A stretch of DNA of 64,000 nt from the human T2T-CHM13v2.0 reference genome, Homo sapiens (GCF_009914755.1 NC_060942.1), one strand, 5' to 3'. Positions 38,822 to 53,526 are shown, counted from the stretch's first letter. Program-made: numbers and translations. Notes: a model not told the origin generated them from the sequence alone.

Positions 38822-39015
38822 TCAGAAACTTTTCACTACCAATATCACATAGGTAGGTGATTTTGCTTTCTTAAAAGTACCATAGGATATTATTATTAAA
38901 ACCATAAAATATTAATAATGCAGTCTATTTTATTCATAACAAGAGAAATAATAATTGAGAAGCTTTTATCATTAGATTCCCATTGTGTCAATTCCCGATA
39001 GTTTTCTTTTTGATC

Positions 39016-39227
39016 TCCCAGGCTCAATTGATCCTCCCACCTCAGCCTCCTGAGTAGCTGGGACCACAGGTGCCCACCACCATGCCTGGCTTATTTATTT
39101 ATTTATTTTGTAGAGATGGGGGTCTCACCGTGTTGCCCAGACTGGTCTTGAACTCCCGGACTCAAGCAATCCTCCCGCCTCGGCCTCCCAAAGTGTTAAG
39201 ATTACAGGCGTGAGCCACCACTCCCAG
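39016..39227 (-). mobile_element. Partial AluJ
   Basis: CCCAGGCTCAATTGATCCTCCCACC; 3' part missing. Confidence 0.88.
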
Positions 39228-39454
39228 TTGAGTTTTCTTAAAACTCAATTTTACTGGGAAATTACTTACGTTCAAAAACTGAATCCATTTAAAGTGTGCA
39301 ATTCCATGAGTTCTGACGATTATAGCTGCCCGAGAAAGCACCACCACCCGAAGATGCAGCACATTCCTGTCACCCCAGAAAGACCCCTGCCCTCTGCAGT
39401 TCAGCCCACCTTCCACCGCTGCCAGAGGCAGCTCCTCGCCTGTTGCCCCTTGAG

Positions 39455-39533
39455 GTTTGTTTTGTTGTTGTTGTCGTCTTTTTGTTTTTTGGTTTGGGTT
39501 TTTTTTTGTTTTGTTTTGTTTTGTTTTGTTTTG
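39455..39533. repeat. (TTG)n/(GTTTT)n microsatellite
   Basis: Directly visible. Confidence 0.9.
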
Positions 39534-40419
39534 CCAGAAATGTGTTTGTTTCCACTTCTGGCAAGTAGTAAAAGATGGCTGCCAGAGTGTAAAGAACTCT
39601 TAGGGTTACATTGAAAGACCCTCCAGTCCCTATGTCATTCACGATTTTATAGTAATTTACCAAAGCTTCGGGGAGAGCTCCAGGTGCTTTGCCTCTTTCA
39701 TACTCCCACCGCCAGGTAGGGTCAGGGAGGGCTGAAGGCCGGTGGGTAGCTCTGAGCATTTGAGAAAAAGCATGTGTAGGGGAGGCGAGGCACACACTCC
39801 CTCTTCTCTGACACATTGGACAAAACTCATTGCCCATGTTCAAGTTAATGCAAATGTGATACCTAAACATGTATGTGGTGGCATGTACAGCAGGGTGTGT
39901 GTCGGGGGCGGGGAGAACACTGGGCTAAGTCAGGAGGCTTCTACTTGTACAATTTCAAGTAAAGATTCCGCTTCCCCAGGCTCTCTCTCTTCACTGTAAA
40001 GGGAGATAGAGATAGGACCGAATCTTCTCTAAAGCCCTTTGCAGTCTATAAATCCATGTTCAACTGTCAAGATCTTTAAAACACCAGTGACTATGGTTAT
40101 TATAAGTCAGAAAGCAAATTGGAATGAAAACAGAGAACTGAAATTTTTTCAGAGAAATACTTCATGACTCTCAATCTCTCGCAGAAATGACCCATTCACC
40201 TGGGTTGACTGGTTCAAGCATCAGTTCAATTGTTTTTCTTGGCTCTTCCTAACCTTTATGTTAATGGCTCTGTCACTGTGATCTTACTTTGAAAATTAAG
40301 ACAAATACGTAAAAAGTAAACAACATTAATGTCTCCATTTCTTGCTGAAAAATACTGTTTTCCTTGAGGACATATTGTGTTTACTTTAAAAAAAAAAGAC
40401 TGCAATATTTTAACTTAGC

Positions 40420-40430
40420 TGCTGAGTCAC
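40420..40430 (-). promoter_or_regulatory. Consensus ARE / NRF2-sMAF motif (GTGACTCAGCA)
   Basis: TGCTGAGTCAC on the plus strand; motif match only. Confidence 0.3.
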
Positions 40431-41292
40431 TTTTACTTAAAGAGGCTTTTGAAACCAACTAATGCAAAAAAAATAAAATTTTATCAGACTTATTTCAGCA
40501 ACTAGAAAAAAAACAAAATGATTTGAGCCCTTTCAGGATATCCTATTCCAAACAGATTACCCACACAGGCAATTGTAACACCGTCTCAAGTTGGGTTATA
40601 ACTAAGGTATGCCTGAGGTTATAACACGTTCTTTCTTTCAATTAAAAAAATATTCAGGGGAGGGGAAAGTCAAACCTCAGAAGCACTTTTCTGCCTTTTC
40701 AGAGCTAGTTCTATGTGTTCTAATTTTCACACAGCTTCTAACTTAGGAGACATGGATCTTGCAAACAGCCAACTCTCAGCTATTTGGGGGCTTCTAATCT
40801 GGTCTGTGGATTATATCACTTTTTTTCTCTGTCTTTATGATTACCTTCAGGTACCTCGAGTAAAAACTCAAATGAGTCTACTTTATTACTTATTATTAGC
40901 CTGGTAAAATATCTGATGGGAGAAAACCTAAATGCATTAATTATAATGAAATGTGTGTATTTTGGAAACAACTTTAATGGAAACAAAGTAAGTCACATTA
41001 GTTTTTCAGAGCCCCAGTCTAACCTAAATGATGTAATTTTAAACCTTAATCCATTCAATAGTCCAAGGACTTTTTGAATATACACACTTGTTAAGAGAAT
41101 ATATTTTAGCTGCAAACAAATGGAAATATTTTCTAACACCAATTTGGAAGATAAAAATAATTTCTGAACCTGTACCAAACTGATAAATTATTGGATTTAC
41201 ATTTCAACTCTATCAATCTATAGATTTTATATATTCATTATCTCATTTAAAAGTCATCACAATACATCATCCTCAAAAGCTAACCATATACC

Positions 41293-41632
<340 letters not shown>

Positions 41633-42769
41633 GTAATGTTGCCACCTTAAAGGTAGCTTAAAAACTGTCTCCCATACAAAGGTATTTTAACCAGAACACA
41701 ATTTTTTTTGCCAGTTCTTTTGGGTAGGCACAACTATTCCTCCAAAGGCTGTGGAATGTATTCTACATTTTTAGTTAAGTTCTTACTTGTCCTTTCATTC
41801 ATTTTATCATTTCAGATCAGTTCAATTGCCTTCAAATCCTGAGCTTATAAGCCTCTACTAATTGGCACGGATGGGCATGCAACATTAAGTGTGGAAAAGA
41901 TTAAAAGGAGTGAATTGAAACATACCGGAAGAGGGATCAGCCACTTAGGTTGGTCCATTACCCATGGGACAAGGGAGGGCACTATCTCAGGTGTCAGATC
42001 CCTTTAACTAACACCCCTAACCTCTGCGATTGTTGGAGACAGACACTGGGGTGAGCCAGCATCAGCCAGGCTGCAGCGAATCAGACAAGCACAAGCACCA
42101 ACAAAGCCTTCATTCGCTGCTTCCGGACCTAAGTAGGGGCGAGGGCACACGAAAGGGCAAAAGGGACTGTGGCTATCAAGACAGCCGGGCTCCAGTGTCA
42201 CACTGAAGCCAAAAAACTTGTACCTGGCACAACTGTAAGGACCAGGGAGGATTACCCACTGGGCAGATGCTGGCTGGGCATCTGTCCCCCACAGAGAGGC
42301 CACTGTGCTGAGAGGCACCCCTGAAGGGCCTTGGGGCTATTAGGTTCCATGCATGATCTCTACTTACTATGGCTGGTCAATTCGGGTCTCCAGTTCCTTG
42401 GCCACTGGTGATGCCATATTTTAAGAAATATTTTAAATGTCAAGGAGGAAGAAAAGAGGCTCATTAGAAAGTCAGGGAAGTTGTCCTGAGGTGGTCACAT
42501 TCTCTGAGCAACGTGCCCGGGTAGACAGGATCTAGTCTTCCTGAAATGCATGCTCCCTTCATGATGAAAAAATCCATCAGATTTTTCTCAGCACTAATAA
42601 TCGCTCACATTTCTCCATTAGTGTTTGTGACTTTTTTGTATATGACTTTTGACTCTTTAAGTGTCCATCACTGTACCCTAAATACCACAAGCAGCACCTG
42701 GCCCATAGTTTGCACTCAATCAATACTTGTTGGTGAATGATTGTTTCAAGCGTTGCCATAGGCTCTAAT

Positions 42770-42960
42770 ACTTTACAGATGTTACTTCACTCAAATCTCA
42801 ACAACTCGAATAACACAAATACTGTGCACACCCTAGTTTACAGATGAGAAAACTAACCAGAGAGAAGTTAAATAATACGCCCTGGATCACACATCCAGAG
42901 ATGGAAGACTCAGAATTCCAACCTGAGTCATCTGTTTACACCGTATGGATTCTTGATCAA
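42770..42960 (-). mobile_element. MIR
   Basis: TTTACAGATGAGAAAACT...AGAGAAGTTAAATAA. Confidence 0.7.
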
Positions 42961-44363
42961 TTGTACATTGACTCTCATTATCTTAGAGAGTCAATAGTTT
43001 ACATTTACCGTACACCAAAACATAACCAACCTTATTTTGTTCCAAATATTTTGTGACCAGACTGATTTCCCTGCTTCTAGACTGTTCACTGTAAATGTCC
43101 TGAAACATTGAAGAGATTACCTTTAAGATTTGCAGTTCTCTGGCCACCCTTTCAGCCGTCTGTGTCTAAGTCCACCAGCAAAGTTTGAGTTGACCCATCT
43201 GAAAAAGTTAGCCAGCAAAATGCAGCTAGTGACACATCTCAGGATATGGCTATGTTTTCCGTGCTGTGGGGAGTCCTTAGTTTCATCTGGATGACCGGCT
43301 TGCACTCAGAGAGGATGTGTTGTTTCTCTTTCAGTGTCTTTGAATGAGTTTGGCTCTGAAGACAGATGTTCTATCACTACCTCCAGAGAAATAAGTCTCT
43401 TCTGTTTGTGCTTACAAGTGGGCCGTGTAGCTAGGGCCTCATGGCTTACCTTCTACACTATGTTACAGCTAATAAGCCAAAACCTGATCTTGAAGTACTC
43501 ACTCAAAGAAAGGGAGAATAGGCCGGCTGCTGTGAGTGCTCCCTCCTGAGCCGATGATGGCTGACAATAGCTCTTGTAACACGAGCACTTGAATTAGGGG
43601 CTGGACTGAGACGGTACACGCAGCGGAGTGGCTGTAAAACAATGTGATTACTTTCGGTGATGATAGAATTGGACCACATGAGCTGTAGGTTATAAACTCT
43701 GTAACCCATTAGTGCTTCTCGGCTTTATCCATTTTGCTTATGAGGGTTGGGTTAGCTTGTTCATTTTTTTCCTAACGGATTACCTTCACCTTAAGGTTGT
43801 CTGTTTTAAGGTTTTATAACTATCTCATTTGCAGTAAACTTCATTTATGTTCCAGGAAGGAGGCTTGGACTTCGAGCAAAATAATCCAGAATAATATTAA
43901 AAATAAGGATTATAATCTACCTCCAGGTCTTTCTTGAGTAATTGTCAGATACAGACAAAGAGGAACAGGTTATTTTCACCCACAGAATTCATGCACCTCT
44001 GAAAACAATATGAACTGAGTATTAACACCAGCAATAACTATTTGTATTTTGGACATGTTCAATGCATAGAAATTAGAGAAGAGAAATGTGTTACAATGAA
44101 ACAGTCTATAGCCATTAAAATAAAGCATTCTGTCTAAAAGTTGGCCCGAACTATTCTCCTCTAGCCTTTTTGCAGCAACTGCCAAAACATCTAGGAGGAT
44201 AATTTAGAAAGTGAAGCCAGAGATGGGCTAGAGTTGATTCAAGACCTTATGAAATAAACTTCACAGAATAGAGAGAAAGAAACACTTGCACGCTCTAATC
44301 AAGTTGTAGTTATTTGTATATTACAGAGAATGTGAACTCTCGCCATCTTAAAAAGAAAAATAT

Positions 44364-44764
44364 ATGATAGGCTGGATTAAGAAAATGTGGCACATATACA
44401 CCATGGAATACTATGCAACCATAAAAAATGATGAGTTCATGTCCTTTGTAGGGACATGGATGAAATTGGAAAACATCATTCTCAGTAAACTATCGCAAGA
44501 ACAAAAAACCAAACACCGCATATTCTCACTCATAGGTGGGAATTGAACAATGAGATCACATGGACACAGGAAGGGGAATATCACACTCTGGGGACTGTTG
44601 TGGGGTTGGGGGAGCGGGGAGGGATAGCACTGGGAGATATACCTAATGCTAGATGACGAGTTAGTGGGTGCAGTGCACCAGCATGGCACATGTATACATA
44701 TGTAACTAACCAGCACAATGTGCACATGTACCCTAAAACTTAAAGTATAATAAAAAAAAAAAAG
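44364..44764 (+). mobile_element. 5'-truncated young L1 (L1PA2/3-like, ~400 bp)
   Basis: ORF2 end ([14 protein letters not shown]...GGN), 3'UTR with GATGACGAG, polyA; TSD AAAGAAAAATAT (44352-44363 / 44765-44776) at a TT/AAAA site. Confidence 0.97.
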
Positions 44765-45136
44765 AAAGAAAAATATTAGGTGTGTTTGGGGCACAGGAAC
44801 AGTTCTCTGAGGAGGGGTTTATAACTTCATCAGATTTACGTAGATGGTTATAATGTGAAGAGTTTATGTATAAATAATTGCTGTAGCAGAGGATTGAATC
44901 TTTCGCACATTGACATCTGCCTGCTGTTCCTTTAGCCAGGATGCCTGAATGGAATGTTTAGATTCCAGCAGGGCTTCTGACTTCTGGTGAACCAGGAAGA
45001 CCTGGATCTGAGGTGAATAAGCTACATACCCTGTAGGAGAAACATAACCTCAAATGAGACAACATAAATAAACTTCTCAGGGTATTGTCAAGTACACAGA
45101 AGAAATATATTTAATCGTAGCCTACTGTTGCCCTAA

Positions 45137-45682
<546 letters not shown>

Positions 45683-46139
45683 AATTCTGAATTATTCTGA
45701 CTCTCTCTGGACAAGGTACACCAGAATTGGGAGTGGAAATCATTTTTCTCTCCCAGTGCTACCTTGGCTCTGCCTGGTGACCCATCATCTGCTAGATTCT
45801 TCCAGTGCATCTTCCTTTATTATGCTCATTACTTAATGAAGGGCAATACATCATATTTTATTTATATGATATGTCATTCCTCCTCCTCCAAAGGATTTGA
45901 AGATGCAAACCTTTGTGTAAGCAGTGGTTTCACTGGGCTTAAAGACAGAGCTAGAGCAAGGATCATAGCTATTTTGAAACTACAAATATCTATGAGAATC
46001 AATTGATGGTCATGAAACCTTGCTGCAGAACAATGCACACTTGCCTCAAGTAGACTGTGTAATTACTGAAGGTGGGTTTCTAGATTTTCATGGCCCATCG
46101 ATGTGTTCATTGACCTCATGTTCAGAATCCCTGCTCTAG

Positions 46140-46338
46140 ACGAGAGATTCTCAACCTTGGTACTATGGGCATTTGGGGTTGGAAAACTTTGTTATGGGGC
46201 TATCCTATCCATTCTAGTACATTGAGCTGCATCCCTGGCCTCTACCTAGCAGATGCCTGTTGCAACCTCCCACCTCATTTGTGATAACCCAAAGCCTCTT
46301 CAGACATTGAGACATTTCCTTTCCCCAGTTGAGAACAA
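46140..46338. mobile_element. MER20 (hAT)
   Basis: TTCTCAACCTTGGTACTAT...CATCCCTGGCCTCTACC...CCCAGTTGAGAAC. Confidence 0.8.
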
Positions 46339-46540
46339 TTGAGCTTCAGACACCACAGTGGAACTTTATGAAATCACTTCCGAAGTAGAAGGAGGTTCTC
46401 ATATGCCCCCAATGTGACCAGGCTGTCTAGATTGGAAAGCAGGACAGAAGTCCATATTTGGGTGACATTTTCATATTCATGTCCTCACTGTAGCTTCACA
46501 ACAACCCAGTAAAATAAGTGACCACAAATGCAGTGAGTAG

Positions 46541-46926
46541 TGTCTTAGTCTGTTTGTGCTGCTATAATAAAATACCTGAGACTAGGTGGCTTACAAAGAT
46601 CAGAAACTTATTGCTCACAGTTCTGGAGTCTGGGAAGTCCAAGATCAAGGGGCCAGCGGGCTCTGTATCTGGCTGAGGGCCTTCTTGCTACATTCTCACA
46701 CATTAGAGGGACGAATGCTGTGCCCTCACATGGTAGAAGGCAGAAGGGCAGAAAGGGCTTAAGCTAGCTCCCTCCAGCCCTTTTAACAGGCACTAATCCA
46801 TTCATGAAGGCAGAGCCTTCATGACTTAATCTCTTCTCCCAAAAGGGCCCCACCTCTTAATACCACTGCAATGGGGTTTAAGTTTCAACATGAATTTTGG
46901 AGGGGACACACATTGAAGACATAACA
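46541..46926 (-). mobile_element. MaLR solo LTR (MST family)
   Basis: TG...CA termini, 5-bp TSD AGTAG, TGCTCACAGTTCTGGAG...GGGAAGTCCAAGATCAAGG. Confidence 0.9.
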
Positions 46927-48266
46927 AGTAGCAAATCCAGGTTTACAGGCAAATCTGATTCCAACTCCAATGTGCTTTCTAGGAAGTATGATAAGGTGAT
47001 TGGACTATAACTGGAAGAGCTGAAGTTTTAGTTAGGGTTCTGGCCCTTAAGCAGTCACACAAGCACTTAAACTGTCTGTGACTCAGCTCTGTGTTGCTCA
47101 GCAGGAGCAATGTCTCTGTATGGCAGGAAAAATGCCTCTGCCCGTTTCACAGGAACCTTACAGGAACAGATGAGAGACTGATGAGTGACAGCACTTTAAA
47201 GACTACCAAAGCCATTTCAAATGTAAGGTGTTACTACATTGAAAAGTATCCATTAGCCTATAAAAATTACATGGACATCAGCACTCTAAAATTGTCTTTA
47301 TGAATAGAATCTTGAGAAAGTATGACACTTGTGGAATATTAAAAACTGAAATGGCTCAGGGATTAGCTGTCACACTTAACATTAATTTCCTCTGAATAGT
47401 CCGGTAGAGCAAGCCTATCCAAGATCAGTGATAAGTGTTCCAAAAAGAAGTCACTCTAAGAAGAAATAAAGTAAGTTAACAATAGCTGACTCTTCCTTTT
47501 TGGTAAGCCCCAAGCCCTTCGTTGGATTTTGAGTACAACAATCATGCTGTTCAAATAGAATAAAAATACCCTGACATGGATCTATAAAGAAATATGGATG
47601 AGTTACATCTTGCTTGTGCTTAAAAAGGAAAAGCCCACATGACTGTGTAAAATGGGTTTACACCCAGGTGAACCAGTAGTAGTAGTGAGTTTTGCCTCCT
47701 AAGATGGCTGGTTACTGAGCATGCCAATGACAGTCACATCATTGTAAAGGTAATTGGTTATTTCTACAAAACCTTTGGGTGGGAGTCAGATGCTATCACA
47801 TCTATTGTGAGCTTCCAGGGGTGAAGTGGCATGAAGGCCATCATCAGCCATCCAGGCATCAGATGTCATCTTCTGCTCCCTCTTCCTAAGGCTGTGGGCT
47901 CTCCAGAACGATAATTGGTATCATTCTTCTTCAATTGCTATTTGGAGCCCACGAGGACAGGAAAATTATGCTGTGCCCCAGAGGTCACTTGCTTGGCTAA
48001 TTTTTCGCTAATTATGTCTTAATTGTATCGTGGTAGGATAGAGGAAAAAAACATTCTCTTCCAGAGTTTTATGAAGAAGGTCATGGGACTTGACAAAAGT
48101 GCAGGGTTGCCAGGACTGAGGCTCTTGACAGTGGTCAGCATGGGTGCGTCCTACTGGAATCAGTCAAGTAGCAGCACAACTCAAATCTAATTTTGCAAAA
48201 GATGAAACCTTTTAGTGAGGAGGAAGAACAGCAGATAAGGAGATGCTAAATGAATGAGAATAGGTG

Positions 48267-48733
48267 TGTCACAGCGTGATGGACGTGCATCACGTTTTCT
48301 GACATGTATAGAAGACAGTACTATGGCACCAGCTTTGGGGAAAAGAAAAAGCTTTATTGCAAGTCAACTGGCAAGCATGCAAAAGTGTAACTGTGAGGGA
48401 GACAGGAAGATGCAAGGAGGCATGATTTGATGAGATCATGCAAAGAGGTGGTGACGGGTGCTTGGCTAAGTCCGCACTGCAACAGAAACAGGGCTTCTCT
48501 GCTTCGTAATTCCGTCCCTGCTCCTTGATCCAAGTTCTTAGGCTTCAAATGTGGTTGACCTTTTGTTTCCAGCCAGCACTGAGGTCACAAATTGGGCATA
48601 CTTGGTTCATCTGGGCAGGCGCAGGTTATCTGACTTGCAACCTGGGATCCCTTACACAGAAAAACAACTCATTATTTTATTACATTTTGTTACTGACAAA
48701 GTCGAACCAGATTGAACTGGTTCTACAGTAACA
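48267..48733 (-). mobile_element. Solo ERV LTR (probably ERVL class)
   Basis: TGTCAC...GTAACA termini flanked by GGTG; AAAAGCTTTATTGCAAGTC (antisense polyA signal). Confidence 0.5.
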
Positions 48734-49659
48734 GGTGGACTTGACCCACAGATGGCTACAAAAGTTACAGAAATAATAACAAAACAACCCTGGGTGAGAC
48801 AAGATTATGAGGCTTATTGAAATGCCACTGGATAGAGACTAAAAAGGAACCAGTCTGAGCATTGTACAGCCAAGGTTGGCTGGGCTGTTACTTAAGACTT
48901 AATGACCCCGACTTTGACGCCTGTCCTTCTATCAGAGTAGTTTGAATGTATTGTCAGAGCCATGGAGTCAGAACAAAGGCTGGGGGAGTGAGGTAGCACA
49001 GGAGGGTGTAGAGTTTCCACTGAAAGGAACCGATGGTCTCACCATCATTCGTCCTGAAAAAGGGCTCTGTACTGGGGCAGAAAATGAGGATTGGGAAAGG
49101 ACACATTAGGAGGGGAAATGGAGCCTGGAGTTAGTTTGATTTTCTGGTGAGGCATGAGGATGCTGGGGTGGTGGTACGGTACTAGAGTCAATGGCTCAGG
49201 ATAACTTGGGGTTGGATGGAAGTTATTCTCTCCATTGTTATTCTTCACTGCTATTTTTGAAGCTTCAGTAAAATCTGATCAAATATGTGGCAAGTTAAAA
49301 TTCTGAGAAAATAAGAACTTTCCCCCCGCCACATTATCTTTTGTTGTATTTACCCTCTACCCATTAAAGCAATGATCCCCACTGCTTCAGGGAAGGGCAG
49401 ACACGCCAAGAATAAAGATGTCAATTGAATGTGTGAGTGTCATTTTTTAAACTGATAACTGAGATGCCGAAAGCTGAAGATGTGTCTTCTGAGACAGAGG
49501 TTTTTTGAGGCATAGGATGGTTTGTGAGCACCAAAGACTGGGACAACTCATGGCCTAGGTAGACCATTAGGTGTGAGGAATGCAGGATGACATCTCAGCT
49601 ATGTTCCTGCCCAGAAGAAGAAAAAGTTCAAGCAGCCGATGCAAAGAAAAATTCTAGGG

Positions 49660-49935
49660 GGCAGGCGCGGTGGCTCACGCTTCTAATCCTAGCACTTTGG
49701 GAGGCCGAGGAGGGCAGATCACCTGAGGTCAGGAGTTCGAGATCAGTCTGGCCAACATGGTGAAAACCCATCTCTACTAAAATACAAAAAGTAGCTGGGT
49801 GTGGTGGCGGGCGCCCGTAATCCCAGCTGCTCAGGAGGCTGAGGCAGGAGAATCACTTGAACCCAGGAGGCGGAGGTTGCAGTAAGCCAAGATATGCCAC
49901 TGCATTCCAGACAGAGCAAGACTCCATCTCAAAAC

Positions 49936-49966
<31 letters not shown>
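49660..49966 (+). mobile_element. AluSx-like
   Basis: TSD AAGAAAAATTCTAGGGG. Confidence 0.95.
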
Positions 49967-49967
<1 letters not shown>

Positions 49968-49969
49968 TT

Positions 49970-50445
49970 CTAGGGGGAACATGAGCAGGGCACATGCACT
50001 AGTGAGTGTCTAAGAAAGGACCCTGCCTTCTGACACCCCTGGATGATGGGCCAGGGAAGAGAGAATAGCTAACGCCCAGAACTGGGGGGGATCACGGAGG
50101 TAAAACCTGAGAAGGCAGCTCATCTTGAAATAAAGGGCATCCCCCAGCCAACCTGCTAACCAAGTGTGGCCTGTAGAAACAACAGCATGGTGTTTTTAGA
50201 AGAAAGGAACTGAACGTCTACCTCCTCTGTGCTCTGAGTCGCTCCCAACTCCTGAATGGTAAGAGTATGGCCAAGTGTATTATTTGCTCAAAATGTTTCC
50301 TTCCTATGGAAGCTGTTCCTTTTCCCTAGATCCCAGTGATAAGAGCTTCGAGCACACCCACAGCTGATGTGTGGCTGAAGGATAAACCTTTATTATTGTA
50401 AGCCATTGAGGTTTTAGCAGGGAGGTTTACGTTGCCTTAAAATAA
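49970..50445 (+). mobile_element. Old MLT1-type LTR relic (probably also extends 5' of the Alu)
   Basis: ATAAACCTTTATTATTGTAAGCCATTGAGGTTTT. Confidence 0.4.
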
Positions 50446-50639
50446 CCTAGAAAAAAAAAGGTAATATGCTAAGCCCTCCAAAAGCTTGCCAAGCCCCCAT
50501 GAAGGACAGCAAGGGACGGAGGGCTTGAGGACACATTCTGGTTATCGACAGAGAGGGCTAAGTGGAAACAGAGTGACCTGGGTAGACCTGAAAACCAAAA
50601 TGCAGCAGGAACACAGAACTTTCACTAGGTGAAGCACCG

Positions 50640-51320
50640 TGGCATTCAGTGAAAAAAACTCACAAGTGGATGTTACGTCAGCAAAGGCTGCAATTCCTAA
50701 CTGAGCTACATAATGGATAAATAGATGCTCCTTCCGCCGAATGCCTAGTTGATTCTTAGATTACCCATGGGGAGAGGTCATGAGCAGGGAAAGGAAAACA
50801 TCCTGAACTTTTTACCCAGAGTAGAGTGAGAAATACTTAGTAACATCGTTTATACTCAATTGGCAGTAACAAGTTTTCTGCCATCAGCAGAAATGGGGGC
50901 TCAAGAACTAAGTGCAGTTATAAAGTTTCATTTTTACACACTTGATTTTGTGACTAGAAAATTCACATCCTCTGGCAGGTGCTGTGCTGTGGGGGATGAA
51001 AAGGCGGGGCCTGCCCATGGCTAACAGAAAGAAACTGAGAGGAGGGGGCCTCCCTCCCTCCTTCCCCCCTCCCCTTAGGCCAGCCAGGGGTTGAAGCAGG
51101 GATTCTGTGGGAGAAGGGATGCTCGGCTCACCGCAACATGGGGACCACGAGTTGCGGAAGCAACAGCACCAGGTGGAGCCTACGGCAAGTCCCCAGGGAT
51201 CCCTCATCCCTGCAGAACACTTTGAGAGACCAATTCCTAGCAATCAAGCTGATAGAGCTGGGGCCACAGTCATTCGGTTTACATGGTAATGCTCGCGGTA
51301 ATTCATCCAGGGTCTAGGAA
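50640..51320. promoter_or_regulatory. Candidate enhancer/promoter-like element
   Basis: TTACGTCAGCA (50673-50683; ATF/Maf-type), GC box GGCGGGGC (51003-51010), C-rich tract, local CpG retention, no repeat recognised. Confidence 0.35.
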
Positions 51321-52445
51321 GTACTGCGCACTTTGAATATGTAGAAGGTTTGACTTTTCTTGCCATTTACTCGAGTCTTTTAAGACATTATAGCACATTT
51401 TATTTTTCTAGAACTCAACGTGCATTTCAAGCCCCATACTACTTGATGGCAGAAAATGTAGTCTTAGGCAATTATGGTTTTCTCCATCATTTCAGGCCTG
51501 AAATAACATTTCCTCTGGGCCCACTTTCCCTTTGGGGTGTCACATGGCCACAGACATCCCTCCAGGTTGAACCCTCTCTGATAATCCCACCAGGCCCTCC
51601 ACCACAGGATTTCAGCAAGCCCAATGCCCTCTCTTGGCCTATCCCTCTCTGGGGCAGGAGAAGTGTTCCAGTGATCTACCTTTCTTAAGGCACAGAAGAC
51701 TCAGGGCTGTCCCTGTTCCCTGCAACCAGAGCTGCCCTGCCACAATCTGAACTCTACAGCTCCCCCGGTGGCCCCCATGCAGAAGTGCAGAGAGAGCTAG
51801 AGCCGGGACCACTTCCTCCAGCCTCCTCCACACAGGGTGCCCAAGGATTCCCAAATAGTACATTCTATTATTGCCACCCCCATCCGCGTTGGCTCAGTGG
51901 GCCACCAGCACATCACCAAGTCCCTTGTTTCTTTCCCGATGCTTCCCCCACCGCTTCAGAGGAGTTTTATTTGGTGGTGAGAGGATGCACAGTAATGTTC
52001 TTCTAGAAACTTTCTGTCTTCATCCCACAATACTTGTTTTTAACTTAAAGGCCAAGAATTGGATGTTGTTGTTCTCTAGTTCCACTCCTTCCAGCAAATG
52101 GCACTAGAGGCTTTATATCAGGAGCCCGAATGAATGAAATGGGTGAGGGTTATTGTTTAATAGGGACTATATGTTTTGGGCAAAACATCAATGAATACTT
52201 CAAACCATCACAAATGTTCTTCCTAGTGAATATTCCTCACCCTAAAGAGGAAAAAAGGATCGCGTTTCTCTCTTTCACTCCCCCAGCCCTGCAGGAGATC
52301 TGGAGACTGGGTGATGCTTCTCTTCCCTGCACTGGGAGTGGATACCATGCTGGCTCTCGTCTCCTTTCCCCACCCCAGGTGGTTAAACGGCACAGGGGCA
52401 GGCAGTCTCCACCAGCGAACTCTAATAGGCCTGGCAAAGTCTCCA

Positions 52446-52852
52446 TCAGTGGCTCTCAACCCTGACTGCACAGCAGGATCAACCAGAGAGCTTTAAAAAC
52501 GTATGCGTCCCACCTTAGAAGAATTCATCAGAATTGCAGAGGACAGAGCCCGTACATTTTAGTAAAGCTCCTCCACATACATGATTCTGACATGCAACTA
52601 AGGTTGAGAATCACTGACCAGGAGCAGGGTTCTTTATGTTGGCACTATTACAATTTTGAATCTGGTGATTCCTTGTTGGAGGGGAGGGGCCTGTCCTGTG
52701 CATGGCAGGATCTTGGGCAGAGTCCCTGGCCTCTACCCAGCTGATGCCATAACAGCCCCCTAGTCATGACAATCAAAAATGTCTCCCGATATTGCCAAAT
52801 GCTCCCTTGAGCGTTTCCTGCCCTCCAACTAGGCAGGAAGCCCTAGTTGAGA
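52446..52852. mobile_element. MER5-like element followed by MER20
   Basis: CAGTGGCTCTCAACCCTGACTGCAC...GGTTGAGAATCACTG; then CCCTGGCCTCTACCC...AAAAATGTCTCC. Confidence 0.75.
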
Positions 52853-53299
52853 AAGCGAAAAGCTGGCATTGGCTAAAGAAGTAAATGATACTCTCTCAGT
52901 AGTCATTTGGCCTGTGGGCTTCAAGAGGAGAGATATTTGTTCCCTGAGCCTAAGTTCCTACTGGACAAATGCACCCTCTTGGTTCCTATGTGCCCCTAAG
53001 CCTGCCCTACTTCTGTAGTGCAGTGTACAGGGCAGGTTCAGGCCAGAGCTGGGAGGTATACCATATTCTAGCTCTGATCTCTCCATTCAAAGCAGTCTTT
53101 TTACAAATCCTTGATAGTTCTGAAATCCACCCTGACTTCTGGCCAAATCCACTTTCTCTTTGCACACACAGTTTCTCTCAGAGGGTCTAGACCTTACCCC
53201 TCGATCACCAGACTCTAATTCCAATTCTAGGACTTTGAACTGGTCTACAGGGCAGACATGCACTGCAGAATGATTCTTTAAAACCCCAATAGAGCTCCC

Positions 53300-53526
53300 G
53301 CATGTTCTCAACCTCGGCACTATTGATGTTTTGGACCAGATAATTCCTTCATGTGCAGTTTGCATAAAGAGTTGTGGGCTGTTTAGCAGTTTCCCTGGCC
53401 TCTATCCACAAGAAGCCAGGAGCAATTCATACTCTTCTCCCTACAGGTCGTGAAAACCAAAACTATCTCCGGACATTGCCAAATGTCCCTTGGAGGGCGA
53501 AAGTCCCTCCTGACAGAGGACAACTG
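53300..53526. mobile_element. MER20
   Basis: TTCTCAACCTCGGCACTATTGA...GACATTGCCAAATGTCCC. Confidence 0.82.

Noticed and set aside
43655-43760. GTGATGA resembling snoRNA box C
   Set aside because: No suitably placed box D (CTGA) or terminal stem.
46140-53526. Three similar ~200-bp segments (46140, 52620, 53300)
   Set aside because: Independent MER20 copies.
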